A DNA stretch of 64,000 nucleotides, taken from Candidatus Bathyarchaeota archaeon. GTDB lineage: Archaea; Thermoproteota; Bathyarchaeia; Bathyarchaeales; Bathycorpusculaceae. Of this stretch, positions 10,894 through 20,968 are shown one piece after another (position 1 is the first letter of the stretch; every line of letters starts with the position of its first letter). Location: contig CAVZPM010000033.1 in the NCBI GenBank assembly GCA_963777155.1, positions 1-64,000 of the forward strand, in the 5' to 3' direction. Below the pieces are notes generated by a model. It made no database searches and had not been told where the DNA came from. It saw nothing but the letters and a program-made list of their open reading frames with translations. Made by a program: the position numbers and the translations under genes.

Positions 10894-11079
10894 ACTCTTA
10901 ACCTCGAGAAAACACACATAGAGCACAGCCGACTTATAGGCAATGTCAACTACTCAACGGCATTTTCAACAGAGGTCTTTTGAGTCTCTCTCGGTTATCT
11001 TGCACATAAAAATGTTCATAAAAACCCTATTAAGACAATGAAAGGTCGATAATCAATTTAATAGTTCTTGAGGTTCAGA

Positions 11080-11113
11080 TGTTGCAACTATAGTGCAGCA
11101 TACAGTTGCAACA
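11080..11113. other. 34-bp inverted repeat with 13-8-13 layout
   Basis: TGTTGCAACTATA-GTGCAGCA-TACAGTTGCAACA; the arms match at 12 of 13 positions. Confidence 0.7.
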
Positions 11114-11125
11114 ACAACTGGTCTG

Positions 11126-11465
11126 CTTGTTTTAGGCTTGCTGACTTGTTTCTGTGTTTTTTTTGTTTTGGTAGTTGTTGGTTTGTCCTGTGTGCACAAC
11201 CATTTTTTCTCGTTGCTTTCTAAGGTTTATTTCTGGTTTGGGTTGTAGTTTGGGGGTTGTTTGGTAGTAGTTGTTGATGTAAACGGCTTTTTTTGATGTT
11301 GGTAGTTGTAACGGAGCGGTTCTGGGGATGATAAATTCAACAAGTCAGCTTTTCTTGTGTTTGAGTTTCTTTTGGTTGTAGTAGTAGGTTTGCGTGCAAA
11401 AGCTTGTTGGTGGGTTGTGTTTTGGGTTGTATTTTTGTTTAGGTTATTTTCGGGGTTTGTTGGAA
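11126..11465. repeat. G/T-rich non-coding repeat, two tandem diverged units (A ~11126-11310, B ~11350-11465)
   Basis: The core TG(T/C)GTGCA occurs at 11189 and 11391; homologous to 31682-31865. Confidence 0.75.
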
Positions 11466-11695
11466 AATTTTTAAGCATCTAACATAACTAAATAAAATCC
11501 CAGAGTCGGACCCAACGAATCACTGATTTTTCTCAGATGGTTCTATTCAAGCATGAACTTGACTACGAATTAGTCTAAGAGTAATAGATGATTAGGTGGC
11601 TAAATACTAATATAATCAGGGAGAATAAGTTTATTTCCGGGTGCAATAGAAAAGGAAGACAGACAACATGGTTACCCTTGAATTAAGGTATCATA

Positions 11696-12367
11696 ATGAG
11701 TGAAAAATTGGAAGACCTTCTCGCAACCAAGGAAAGCGAACTTCTTTCTCTTTGCGCTATTATGCAAGAGATAAAAATAAAATTCATCATTGGCACAAGC
11801 GATTTTGCAGCAAAATGGTTCGAAGAAACAGCTAAACAATATATAAAAAAATACTCAGAAGTCTCCTTAAATTTATCAGCGAACAGTTTTGGTGATTTAA
11901 AGAAAAAAGTAAAAAGGCTCGTGACTGAATCAAAAGAAATTTCAGAAAAGGTATTGGGGCAATCAGGTATTTGGTGGCATGAAAAACCTGATTTACATTC
12001 AGCAGTCTCTCAATATGATCAGCTAGGTAATCAACAAGTAGGAAACAAATATCCTGAAGTAATAGACAGACCCGTTCGCGTTGTGCTTGGTGAACTTGGG
12101 ATCGTTTTAGAAGAATTTGGGTTCAGTGTTAGAACGAGTGTCACCCATGGACCACACAACGAAGAATACTGGTTTGAAAAAACTGAAGAAAAAACAACCT
12201 CACCGTATTTTCCACACATGCTTGAGTGGTCAAAACAAATGCAAGAAACCCTCAACGAATACAATCAGCTATACAAGCAAGCGATGTTAGTGCTGCAATC
12301 GATTCAAACGATAAAAGATGAGATAAAGAAGAGAAAAATTATTGATCTTTGGGATTCGACATCTTAA
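11696..12367 (+). CDS. Hypothetical protein
   Basis: 223-aa ORF, helical composition, no recognised motif. Confidence 0.7.
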   Translation: MSEKLEDLLATKESELLSLCAIMQEIKIKFIIGTSDFAAKWFEETAKQYIKKYSEVSLNLSANSFGDLKKKVKRLVTESKEISEKVLGQSGIWWHEKPDLHSAVSQYDQLGNQQVGNKYPEVIDRPVRVVLGELGIVLEEFGFSVRTSVTHGPHNEEYWFEKTEEKTTSPYFPHMLEWSKQMQETLNEYNQLYKQAMLVLQSIQTIKDEIKKRKIIDLWDSTS

Positions 12368-12428
12368 AAGATGTAATATGCGTATTGAATGATACTACAA
12401 ATGCAATTCAATTTAGACAACCAGTGTA

Positions 12429-12779
12429 TCAGAAAACGCCAAGCAACTTTGCTGACAAAGCAGCTATGCCGATAACGGCTATCAAAAATATTAGTCCTTT
12501 GGATTTGATTGGTGATTTGCTTTCAGTTTCAGTTTCTTGAAACTCATACTCTTTTATCTCTTTTGTTGAAGAGTTAATTTGAACTTTTGCTGTCTTTTTT
12601 TCTAGAATCATTTCAACAATATATAATTCCCCTTCAAGGGATACTTTCAAAGGCAACCATTTGCCTTTATATCCAAGTCTCTCAAGAAAATCTAGTGTCA
12701 TAGACGTTGCGATCTCAGCGTCGAACCGTGAAAGCTCTAAAGTTACACTTGCATCTTCAATAGTACTAGTGCTCGACAT
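12429..12779 (-). CDS. Hypothetical protein with C-terminal TM anchor (PepSY-like pattern)
   Basis: 116-aa ORF; YIVEM..AKVQINSSTKEI; hydrophobic C-terminus. Confidence 0.6.
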   Translation of the reverse strand: MSSTSTIEDASVTLELSRFDAEIATSMTLDFLERLGYKGKWLPLKVSLEGELYIVEMILEKKTAKVQINSSTKEIKEYEFQETETESKSPIKSKGLIFLIAVIGIAALSAKLLGVF

Positions 12780-12859
12780 TGTTCTTCTCTGAACAATTAA
12801 CTTTTCTTGATATTAGATGTTATGAAGCGATAAACAGAATTTGAAATAAACAGAATGAA

Positions 12860-13078
12860 TTATGGAAGCGAGGGATCTGGAACTTGAACTCCAGTACCAT
12901 TAATCGCACTTTGGGTTTCATTTAGCAGATTATTCATATAATTCTGGAGCTTGTTAATCTCTGGCAAATTCTGAGTATCTAAAGTAACTTGGGTGATGTT
13001 TACTGCATAATTTACGACTACAGATGCAAGGACTACGCTTGCTGTTACTAGCAATAACGCTGCAACGGTTGTCTCCAT
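12860..13078 (-). CDS. Small pilin-like protein
   Basis: GGAG SD; hydrophobic N-terminal helix TTVAALLLVTASVVLASVVVNYA resembles the pilin helices nearby. Confidence 0.6.
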   Translation of the reverse strand: METTVAALLLVTASVVLASVVVNYAVNITQVTLDTQNLPEINKLQNYMNNLLNETQSAINGTGVQVPDPSLP

Positions 13079-13266
13079 GTTTAATATGCTCCTTTCTCAA
13101 AAATTCAAGTCGTGAAAATTATTTAACCCTTATTTCTACTCTTTGGATATACTAAAAAACAGAATATTTCTTATTTAGGGATAAAAGTGTGCTGTATGGG
13201 ATCAACTATCAAAGAATAAGTTGCTTGTAGAGATCAACAGGTTTTTACAGAATTATCTGACCAAGT

Positions 13267-13785
13267 TTACTTTACAGCTTGTTCAGGGATCCTTGCGGCA
13301 GGAGGACTGGAGGTTTCTGGTTTTTCAGTTAAATTTGCGTTAGGAGGATTGCCCGATAATATTTGTATTTTCTCGGCCATGGGGTGAAGAAGATCTGGAG
13401 GAGGATATGGTGTGTTCAAGTTAGACGATAAAATGTAAATTGATGTAAAAACATGTTGATAAATAGTAAAGAGGATCTGAGGGATACGTGTTTTAGGATT
13501 TACCTCTAATTTCTTCTTTAAGTCATCCGGTTTTCCTGCTAAAGTTACCAGCCCAGAAGTACTATATTTGATCACATTTGGCTTAGTTGAAATTGCCAAA
13601 TTAAAGCTAAGCGTAACTTGGCCATTTTCTCTTTTTTGTTCTTCCAGCTTTGCGTTAACATCAAAAAAGAGCTCTTCCTTCGAGGTATACTCTCCAGTAC
13701 GTTCAGCGTGTAAACTATTAATATTAATTGAAACCAGTACTCCTGAAACAGAATATTGTGGGTTTACCGCTGATTCCTCTCTTAC
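13267..13785 (-). CDS. Hypothetical protein (possibly SecB-like); start uncertain
   Basis: The frame of ORF 13267-13599 stays open ~60 codons further upstream (VLVSININSLHAERT...FDVNAKLEE) with no ATG/GTG/TTG in that stretch. Confidence 0.55.
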   Translation of the reverse strand, partial: VREESAVNPQYSVSGVLVSININSLHAERTGEYTSKEELFFDVNAKLEEQKRENGQVTLSFNLAISTKPNVIKYSTSGLVTLAGKPDDLKKKLEVNPKTRIPQILFTIYQHVFTSIYILSSNLNTPYPPPDLLHPMAEKIQILSGNPPNANLTEKPETSSPPAARIPEQAVK

Positions 13786-13845
13786 ACATCTTGTGATTTT
13801 GATATATAACTTTTATATGGAATATAATCGGTCTGTATTAACAAT

Positions 13846-14409
13846 TTACTTGCCGTAGAAAGCTGGAACAGAAAACTCTGTTGCAAATTTGAAACTCTCA
13901 TTTCCTTTTGTATTACTTCTAGATTTCAGAACTATTTTCTTTGGAGCATCATCTTCAATATATATAAGATAAGTTACAGTTGTGCCAAGACCTAATCGAG
14001 ATAGCTGCTGGATTGCGATTCTAAACTCCTCGAATTCTTGAATTTTGGTCTTGATTTTCTCAATTGCATCAAAGATTATTTGAGTCTGAGCTTCGTTAGC
14101 GAAGGATATTTGAAGCTTCCCAGAGTAGACCCAGCATGATTCAGCCTCACCCTTTCCATTTTTTCCTTTTTGTTTCTTCTCGTTAGATGATTTTACTGGA
14201 GGCTGCTTGGTTTGGATTTTAAGAGTTTTTTGAATCGCCAACGTCTTTTTGTACCATTCTTCATCCTTATTTTCCTTTTCAAAATCTCTTAGAAGGGTTC
14301 CAAGCCATTGACTGTAATCTTCGAATAATGCCTTGTTCTGAGAAATTTGATTTGACGTATAGTCCACTATATCTTTAATTGAAGTGAATTGACGTATCTC
14401 GGTTCCCAT
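13846..14409 (-). CDS. Hypothetical protein
   Basis: AGGAG SD before MGTEIRQF; 187 aa. Confidence 0.7.
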   Translation of the reverse strand: MGTEIRQFTSIKDIVDYTSNQISQNKALFEDYSQWLGTLLRDFEKENKDEEWYKKTLAIQKTLKIQTKQPPVKSSNEKKQKGKNGKGEAESCWVYSGKLQISFANEAQTQIIFDAIEKIKTKIQEFEEFRIAIQQLSRLGLGTTVTYLIYIEDDAPKKIVLKSRSNTKGNESFKFATEFSVPAFYGK

Positions 14410-14483
14410 GACAAAGCTCCTTTTCAAGACAATTACGATTTGACTATATTTCAGGAACATGGGATAATAATATTTGTCCATCC

Positions 14484-14700
14484 AAAAAATTACAGACTCT
14501 CTGAAAAGTCTATTATGCGGGTTTTCATAGAAGAAACTCGTGTGGCTTAGAGGCAATGCAAAGCCGAACTGAACCCCCTCATCTTTCTTCTATAGAGACT
14601 AATCTCTCCGATGTCTAAACAGTTGGCTTTGTGATTTGCACTCCAAATTGGCTACCACACGAGCTCATCTCATTGGTTTTGAATAGCTGTTGCTATTTCA
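14484..14700 (-). ncRNA. Candidate structured ncRNA or leader RNA with terminator
   Basis: Nested complementary blocks: CTCGTGTGG 14537-45 with CCACACGAG 14655-63, and CAAAGCC-AACTG 14559-71 with CAGTT-GGCTTTG 14620-31. Hairpin followed by a U-run at 14484-14512. Confidence 0.6.
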
Positions 14701-14771
14701 TGCTAAAGGTGCTCGACATCACATAAAAGTATTGTGTATTAATATTCACTACTACAGATAGTCAAAACGCT

Positions 14772-16391
14772 TTACTTCGTCCTTAACTTAAAGAAATAAA
14801 CCAATCCCCCAGATACTGAGAGGGCAACCAACATCCCGATTATCGGAATGAAGTATTTTATGTACAGAGGCGGCTCTGTAACTGAAAAAAATAGTTCTGG
14901 ACCAGTAACTCCAAAGGAGAAAGGCGTCTCTGGTGAGGATGCAGTAATGGAATAATTGCCTGAATTAGGAGGTTGGAAGCTTGCTTGGAAGGTTCCCTCG
15001 GGCGTCAATATGCAATTTAGAGTTCGATTGAAGTTTACACCATAAATTTGTAATTCCACTTTTGAGGTATTTGTTATTGGGTTCAGAATGCTACTTACGG
15101 TAATATTTTCCCCCAATTGTATCGTTTCTTTGATCAAAGAGGAATTTAAAGTTGATAACATCTTGACAGCGTAATTTCCGGATGCATTTAAGACATTGCA
15201 CAAAGAATCTACCGCTTCTATCCTATATTGTATAATTGAGCCTGCCTCTTGAGCAGGAATTATGACACTACAGGTGTGGTTGAAAATGGACATACTCTTG
15301 TTGGTCTGGGTAGACCAATTGTCCAAAGTGTAGTAACATGTTGCATGTTCGAGACTATTTGAAATGGATGAGTAGGAGATCTCGGTTGCATTGCCAGCAA
15401 GTACTGTTTTTGGAGCAATTACTGGCAAGAGAGATTCGTTGGCGAAATTGGTTTTTAGCATAAATTGGATTTCTCCGGATCCTTCTTCGCCTATAAGCAC
15501 CAAGTGATAGAGGTTAGTGAATTTGTTAGTCGAAGAGTAGTTGAGAAACATTGCTTTGCCAGCGTATTCACAGCTTGCATATGCGACACCTCTTGAACCT
15601 TCACTTTCAAAATTGTAGCCACCGATCTTACTGCTAATGTTAGCATATAATCCAGGTTCCCAAGGAATAGGATAAGAGTTTATACTAAGAGATTTGGCAT
15701 CATTCATCAAGTAAAGTCTAGCTTCATACATATCCAAGGTGTGGGGTACTTTTACGTAGAGTTCCACGTAGCTGGCATTTGACATTAATTCATAGGCCCA
15801 AGAGGTACGGAAACTTGGTAATCCGTTGCTTTGTTTACCGTCTATCAAAGCTGTATTCCACACATCGGTTCTAAGGTTTTCTATTATCATGAAGGTAGCT
15901 TGTTGGCTTCCTTCGCTCTCCCGTAAATCATTTTTTATAACAAATGAATAGTTGCCTGATTGTTTTGGCGCAAAAAAAGGGTCATCAGTTGTTGTTCCCA
16001 AATGTTCCGGAAAACCTGCTGCTTCGGTGTGATAACTTTCCAAGTTTCCTTGTGGATTAAAAACGTATATGTCGTAATCTGTCTTGGCCGCAGAAGATGT
16101 GTTAACCCATGTTCCATAACAATAGACATGATAGTCGTGGTTAGCTTCAAGCGGTACTACAATAGTCCAGTTCTGACCAATTTGAATCTGACTGTTGTTT
16201 ATCATAACTGGAAAAAAGGGTTTGTCTACATACGTAATGTTCCCTTGGCCTGAATTAACGTAGGTATGGACATTAGTCGTATAGTCGTAGGTTGCAGTTA
16301 ATTGTAGACCTAAACAGCTTGGAAGCAAAAACATGGTCGTGACTATTATTACCAATAAAATTTTAGCATGAATTCGAAGTTTTATGCGCAT
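14772..16391 (-). CDS. Secreted/surface protein with C-terminal TM anchor and Ig-like region
   Basis: Signal peptide, many N-x-S/T sites, C-terminal TM followed by a basic tail. Confidence 0.75.
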   Translation of the reverse strand: MRIKLRIHAKILLVIIVTTMFLLPSCLGLQLTATYDYTTNVHTYVNSGQGNITYVDKPFFPVMINNSQIQIGQNWTIVVPLEANHDYHVYCYGTWVNTSSAAKTDYDIYVFNPQGNLESYHTEAAGFPEHLGTTTDDPFFAPKQSGNYSFVIKNDLRESEGSQQATFMIIENLRTDVWNTALIDGKQSNGLPSFRTSWAYELMSNASYVELYVKVPHTLDMYEARLYLMNDAKSLSINSYPIPWEPGLYANISSKIGGYNFESEGSRGVAYASCEYAGKAMFLNYSSTNKFTNLYHLVLIGEEGSGEIQFMLKTNFANESLLPVIAPKTVLAGNATEISYSSISNSLEHATCYYTLDNWSTQTNKSMSIFNHTCSVIIPAQEAGSIIQYRIEAVDSLCNVLNASGNYAVKMLSTLNSSLIKETIQLGENITVSSILNPITNTSKVELQIYGVNFNRTLNCILTPEGTFQASFQPPNSGNYSITASSPETPFSFGVTGPELFFSVTEPPLYIKYFIPIIGMLVALSVSGGLVYFFKLRTK

Positions 16392-16676
16392 TGCTAACCA
16401 GCTTGGAAACTTGTTTTTTAAGAGTATAAAGTTGAAGATAATAGTTATGAATGCAAGATTCTGATTCTTGCTCCAGTTGCTAACAAACACAACTGTGTCA
16501 GTCTAATTTGACAATAATAGTTCCTTAAGAATATCGAGCTTAGATTCACGGTACATATTAGCAGCAAAGATAGTGATTCTTTGAGTCAGCACCGCTAACC
16601 ATCAGTATTGAATCGTAATACGTAATATATATAAGAGTGGTTGTGTGTAATTTTTCCAACAGGTGAAAAATAATAA

Positions 16677-17241
16677 ATGATCCGAATACTAAAAAATCGC
16701 CGAGCACTAAGCACAGTAATAACAACACTCATAATCCTAGTAGTATCCATCTTACTTGCAAGCGTCTTAACATACTTCGCCGTAAACGTAGTCAGCACAA
16801 GAGTCCAAGAAGAGAGCCTATCACGTTTCTAAACAACACATCTGGGTTGATTCTGATGGTGGAGCCACCGAAGCCGCCATAATGGTAACGAACAATGGAG
16901 GACGCGACGTGGTCATCAATAAAATTTCAGTTCGCGGACAAGCAGTCAGATTGGGCCAATGTATTCTATGCAGTACGCAGCAGACGGAGACGATTTAACC
17001 GCAGATCTAGCTCACGTAACAACTCCAGTGGCAGCAGCCGCTGATCTGGGATTAGCAGATACCGCGCATTTAGCAGCTACAAGCCTAATCTTACCTTCAG
17101 GCTCAACAATGGTCATATACATAAATTCACCCGACAGCATAGGCATTAAATGACATTGGTTTAACGGTGAGCATAGGCCTCTACAGTGCACAAGCAGTAT
17201 ATTATAGCGAGACAAATATCCAGGCAACACCAGTGGCTTAA
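16677..17241 (+). CDS. Archaeal type IV pilin (class III signal peptide), paralog 1; several frameshifts
   Basis: MIRILKNRRA/LSTVITTLIILVVSILLASVLTYFAVNVVSTRVQEES; downstream fragments GGRDVVINKI, PDSIG and YYSETNIQA are shared with paralog 2. Confidence 0.8.
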
Positions 17242-17369
17242 ACAGAATTTTAAGCTGCAACCTTTTCTTTTTATTTTTTACATTCTATTGAATAGTGTAA
17301 TTTTTTTTACGCACAAGGTTACTTATCCAAAAATTGTGTAATTGCTCTTTCAAGGAGTTAAAAAAATAA

Positions 17370-17894
17370 ATGAAAAATATACTAAGAAATCGTTTGGCTC
17401 TAAGCACCGTCGTAACAACTCTGATCATCCTTGTCGTTTCAGTGCTACTCGCAGGCGTCGTAACATACTTTGCAATCAACGTAACCAGCACCCGTGTTCA
17501 AGAAGAAAGCTCTCAGTCTTTCTCATGGAACACATTTGGGTTGACAATGCAGGCGCAGCTGTCTGGCGCAATTATGATCACCAACACTGGCGGACGCGAT
17601 GTTGTCATAAACAAAATTACCGTACGTGGACAAGAATGTACTGCACTATCCGTTGACGCACGCAGCAGTACCCAGGCGTAGATTTAGTATATCGCTGATG
17701 CAGCCCCGTAGCAGTTGCTGACACAGCTCCAATAGTTCTTGCCTCAGGAAACACAATCGGCATATATGATCGATGCACCTGACAGCATAGGCACCAACGA
17801 CATTGGCTTAACAGTTGCTTTCACCGTCTTCACATCACAAGCGATGTACTACAAAGAGACAAACGTCCAAGCAACAGCCATAATCATAGGTTAA
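17370..17894 (+). CDS. Archaeal type IV pilin (class III signal peptide), paralog 2; several frameshifts
   Basis: MKNILRNRLA/LSTVVTTLIILVVSVLLAGVVTYFAINVTSTRVQEES; GGRDVVINKITVRGQ; PDSIGTNDIGLTV; MYYKETNVQA. Confidence 0.8.
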
Positions 17895-18103
17895 AAATAA
17901 TTAACCTAAGAAAAATCCCCCCCCACTTTCTTTTCTCTTTTTAAAAAACTTTTCAGTAACTATTTTCAAGACTATATTGTATTAATCCTGTCGATATGGC
18001 CAAGTTTTTGCAAAACAATATGTCTATTCTTTTACGCACAAACAGCTTAATCCAAATTTTCCGTATGTTCTACAAAATAAAGAATTGTGAGTGAGAGGAT
18101 AAC

Positions 18104-18934
18104 ATGAAGGTAAGTTTACGCCATATCAAAATTGTTCGAAATAAATATGCCATGGCCTTACCCGTAACTTTTCTCATTCTGCTTGTTTCAACTCTCAGCA
18201 TCGTCTCATTCACATACTATTTTTCGGTTGAAAAGGTGAATTCGCAAGGGCAAACTCTCAAAGTTTCCACAGCCAAAGAAAGTCTAATTTCGCTAAGCGA
18301 TGAAATTATTTCAACTTTGGGGCAGCCGGGATCCTCAACCACGTTTGATTTGATTGATTCAGGCGGATTACTAAAAATCCAACCCGCCAATAACATTCTA
18401 ACCTTAAGTATCAACGGCAACTCTGAGATCCAAGAAACCATCTTTAGCACTTCAATCGGTAAAATAACCTATCAACTACCATACTCAAGCACTTCACAAA
18501 GAGGCTTATATCTCCAAGGTGACAGCCGAACAATAACAAACCAAAGCGGTTCCTCAACAAGCCAACTCTGTATAGTAAACGGCGCTGAACATCCAGAAAT
18601 CCAGCTACAATACCGACCAACCGTTACCTATTCGGTTGCTGGGTTGCAAGATGGCAAAACAATCAACAGCATACGCATCTACATAGTTAACCTGAACTCT
18701 TCAATGGAGATATCCTTGCAGGGTGAACTTCCCCTCAAAATCTCCTGCACAGATACGCAGATTGAATCGAAGAACTACGTGGTTTCTAACACCTTTGGGA
18801 ACATGGCTATAACTTCAATATTGAATGGCGAACAAGGTAGCGTTTCAGTGCCAATTTCAAGCACAACACAAGGCGCCATTATCCACATAGAAACTGTCAT
18901 TTCCAACGTGTCAATTCAGAGGTGGGTCCGCTAG
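18104..18934 (+). CDS. Pilin-like protein (class III-type leader)
   Basis: RNKYA/MALPVTFLILLVS; first gene of the pilus assembly operon. Confidence 0.65.
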   Translation: MKVSLRHIKIVRNKYAMALPVTFLILLVSTLSIVSFTYYFSVEKVNSQGQTLKVSTAKESLISLSDEIISTLGQPGSSTTFDLIDSGGLLKIQPANNILTLSINGNSEIQETIFSTSIGKITYQLPYSSTSQRGLYLQGDSRTITNQSGSSTSQLCIVNGAEHPEIQLQYRPTVTYSVAGLQDGKTINSIRIYIVNLNSSMEISLQGELPLKISCTDTQIESKNYVVSNTFGNMAITSILNGEQGSVSVPISSTTQGAIIHIETVISNVSIQRWVR

Positions 18935-19378
18935 ATGCCGTCGATAATTCCAGCTTATGTGTATTCGATTTTTGCTGCCCTCATAGTTGGCGCAATCATA
19001 GTTTACGCCTGCAGTATCTCCACTTTAAACGTTAAAAACGAAGCTAATAACCAACAATTGAAAAACATTGATGAATATGTAGCCACGCAAAGCCTAACAC
19101 TACTTTCACAGACAACAGAAAATAACCAAAACTCAACCCGGTTTCTGGATATTCCCTCATCCATCGGAAACCAACGATTCTGGATAAGTATTGCCAACGA
19201 CTCCTCAGGGGCATGGGTTGAATCTGGGTTTGGAACAATCATTAGTCCAAAAGATCCCCAGGCAAATATTCCTGCCAACGTTGATGCCTCTGGCTACTTC
19301 ATTAGTGGTTCAGGCAGAGCAAGACTGCAATGTCACTTTGAAAACCAAACTGCAACTTTAATATTAACAAGTGAGTGA
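18935..19378 (+). CDS. Minor pilin-like membrane protein
   Basis: N-terminal hydrophobic helix; translationally coupled within the operon. Confidence 0.6.
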   Translation: MPSIIPAYVYSIFAALIVGAIIVYACSISTLNVKNEANNQQLKNIDEYVATQSLTLLSQTTENNQNSTRFLDIPSSIGNQRFWISIANDSSGAWVESGFGTIISPKDPQANIPANVDASGYFISGSGRARLQCHFENQTATLILTSE

Positions 19379-20966
19379 GAAGATGAAGTTAGGAAAAAAG
19401 AATAAAGAACAAGTCGAAGAAAAACTGGAAACCCCCGACGAAGAAATGATAGCTTATTTGGGAATCCAGGGTTATCATGTACCTGAAGGGTTCACTCAGA
19501 CCGAAAGTTACCCCCTGAATCCGCCTTTCTCTTACGCTTGGATTTTCCAGGACGACTCTGAAGGAAGCTACTTCTATGTTGTCGATGACTTGCCCATGTC
19601 ACGAGATGAGAGAGAAGCCTACAAACGCTTAAAAAACATTCTTGAATACGAACTAAAAGCTCCCCGAATAGATGAAACACTGGTTGATTCTTTCCATAGA
19701 CAACTTCCAGTAATACTGGAAGATCACAAGGAAGCTTTCGGCGATACTAACCAAGTTGGTTTAAGAAAAATCGAGTACTACCTTGAAAAAGACCTAATTG
19801 GATACGGAAAAATTGACGGGCTCATCAGCGACCCAAACATAGAAGACATAAGCTGCTTGGGCATAAACAAACCTGTTTACATTTACCATAGAAAATATGG
19901 AAGTATACGAACAAACATTGTTTTTACTGACGAAGAAGAACTTGATGACTTCATAACCCGAGTGGTACATAGGCAAGGCAAACACGTCAGCATCGCCCAC
20001 CCCATCGTTGACTTAACTCTTCCAGGAAAACATAGACTTGCTGTATCCTTTGGAAAAGAAACCACTCCAGCAGGAACAAGCTTTACAATAAGAAAATTCC
20101 GCGATGACCCTCTAACAATTGTGGATTTGATTATGAACGAAACCATAGATGAATCGATCGCAGCTTATCTATGGATGCTTATGGAAAACAAAATGTCCGT
20201 CATGGTTGTGGGACCCACGGGTGCAGGAAAAACAACCGCCTTAAACGCAATAGCATGCTTGGTGCGACCAGATTTTAAGATGATTTCTGTAGAAGAAGTT
20301 CAAGAAATTAATCTACCACAGGAAAACTGGGTATCCACAATTGCACGCATTGGTTTTGGCGGAGATAGTGACGGTGAAGTTTCACTTTACGATCTAATCA
20401 AATCAGCTGTAAGACATAGGCCGGCGTTGATTCTTGTGGGCGAAATCAGGGGCGAAGAAGCGTACGTGTTATTCCAAGCATTAGCCACAGGACACGGCGG
20501 CTTATGCACTATGCACGCTGACGATGTAGAAACCGTCATTAAAAGATTGACTCAACCCCCTATGAAAATTCCACAGAACATTCTGTCTCTGATGAACTGT
20601 GTCATTGTCGTCAAACAAGTTAACACTTCAAGTTTAAACCTTAGCCAAAGGAAAAAATCGACGAGAAAATTCGTCAAAATCTCCGAAATAGATAGCAACG
20701 GTACACCACACACCGTATTCAACTGGAACCTATCATCGGACAACTTCAATCAGGATTTAGAAAAAAGTTACTTGCTCAACAAAATCGCCCAAAATCTCGA
20801 TGCCCCTCTCAGTGTTGTTCAACAAGAGTTTGAACGCAGAAAGCATATCCTTCTCCGCATGGTCGAACAAAACCTGCGCGACTTTAGAAGTGTACACAAG
20901 GCACTGAACAGCGCACTTAACCTTGAGACTTTAGCAGCATCAAACGAAAAATCAGAGGTACAATAA
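19371..20966 (+). CDS. Type II/IV secretion (pilus assembly) ATPase, FlaI/TadA/VirB11 family
   Basis: Walker A GPTGAGKTT, Asp box SVEEVQEI, Walker B ILVGEIRGEE, His box TGHGGLCTMHA. Confidence 0.95.
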   Translation: MSEKMKLGKKNKEQVEEKLETPDEEMIAYLGIQGYHVPEGFTQTESYPLNPPFSYAWIFQDDSEGSYFYVVDDLPMSRDEREAYKRLKNILEYELKAPRIDETLVDSFHRQLPVILEDHKEAFGDTNQVGLRKIEYYLEKDLIGYGKIDGLISDPNIEDISCLGINKPVYIYHRKYGSIRTNIVFTDEEELDDFITRVVHRQGKHVSIAHPIVDLTLPGKHRLAVSFGKETTPAGTSFTIRKFRDDPLTIVDLIMNETIDESIAAYLWMLMENKMSVMVVGPTGAGKTTALNAIACLVRPDFKMISVEEVQEINLPQENWVSTIARIGFGGDSDGEVSLYDLIKSAVRHRPALILVGEIRGEEAYVLFQALATGHGGLCTMHADDVETVIKRLTQPPMKIPQNILSLMNCVIVVKQVNTSSLNLSQRKKSTRKFVKISEIDSNGTPHTVFNWNLSSDNFNQDLEKSYLLNKIAQNLDAPLSVVQQEFERRKHILLRMVEQNLRDFRSVHKALNSALNLETLAASNEKSEVQ

Positions 20967-20968
20967 AA

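Noticed and set aside
11126-11465. CRISPR array or telomere-type tandem repeat
   Set aside because: No fixed-length identical repeats with spacers and no strict short period.
11227-11478. K/T/N/P-rich ORFs over the G/T repeats (also 31627-32068 and 31747-31989)
   Set aside because: Frames are not preserved between copies and the substitutions lack codon periodicity.
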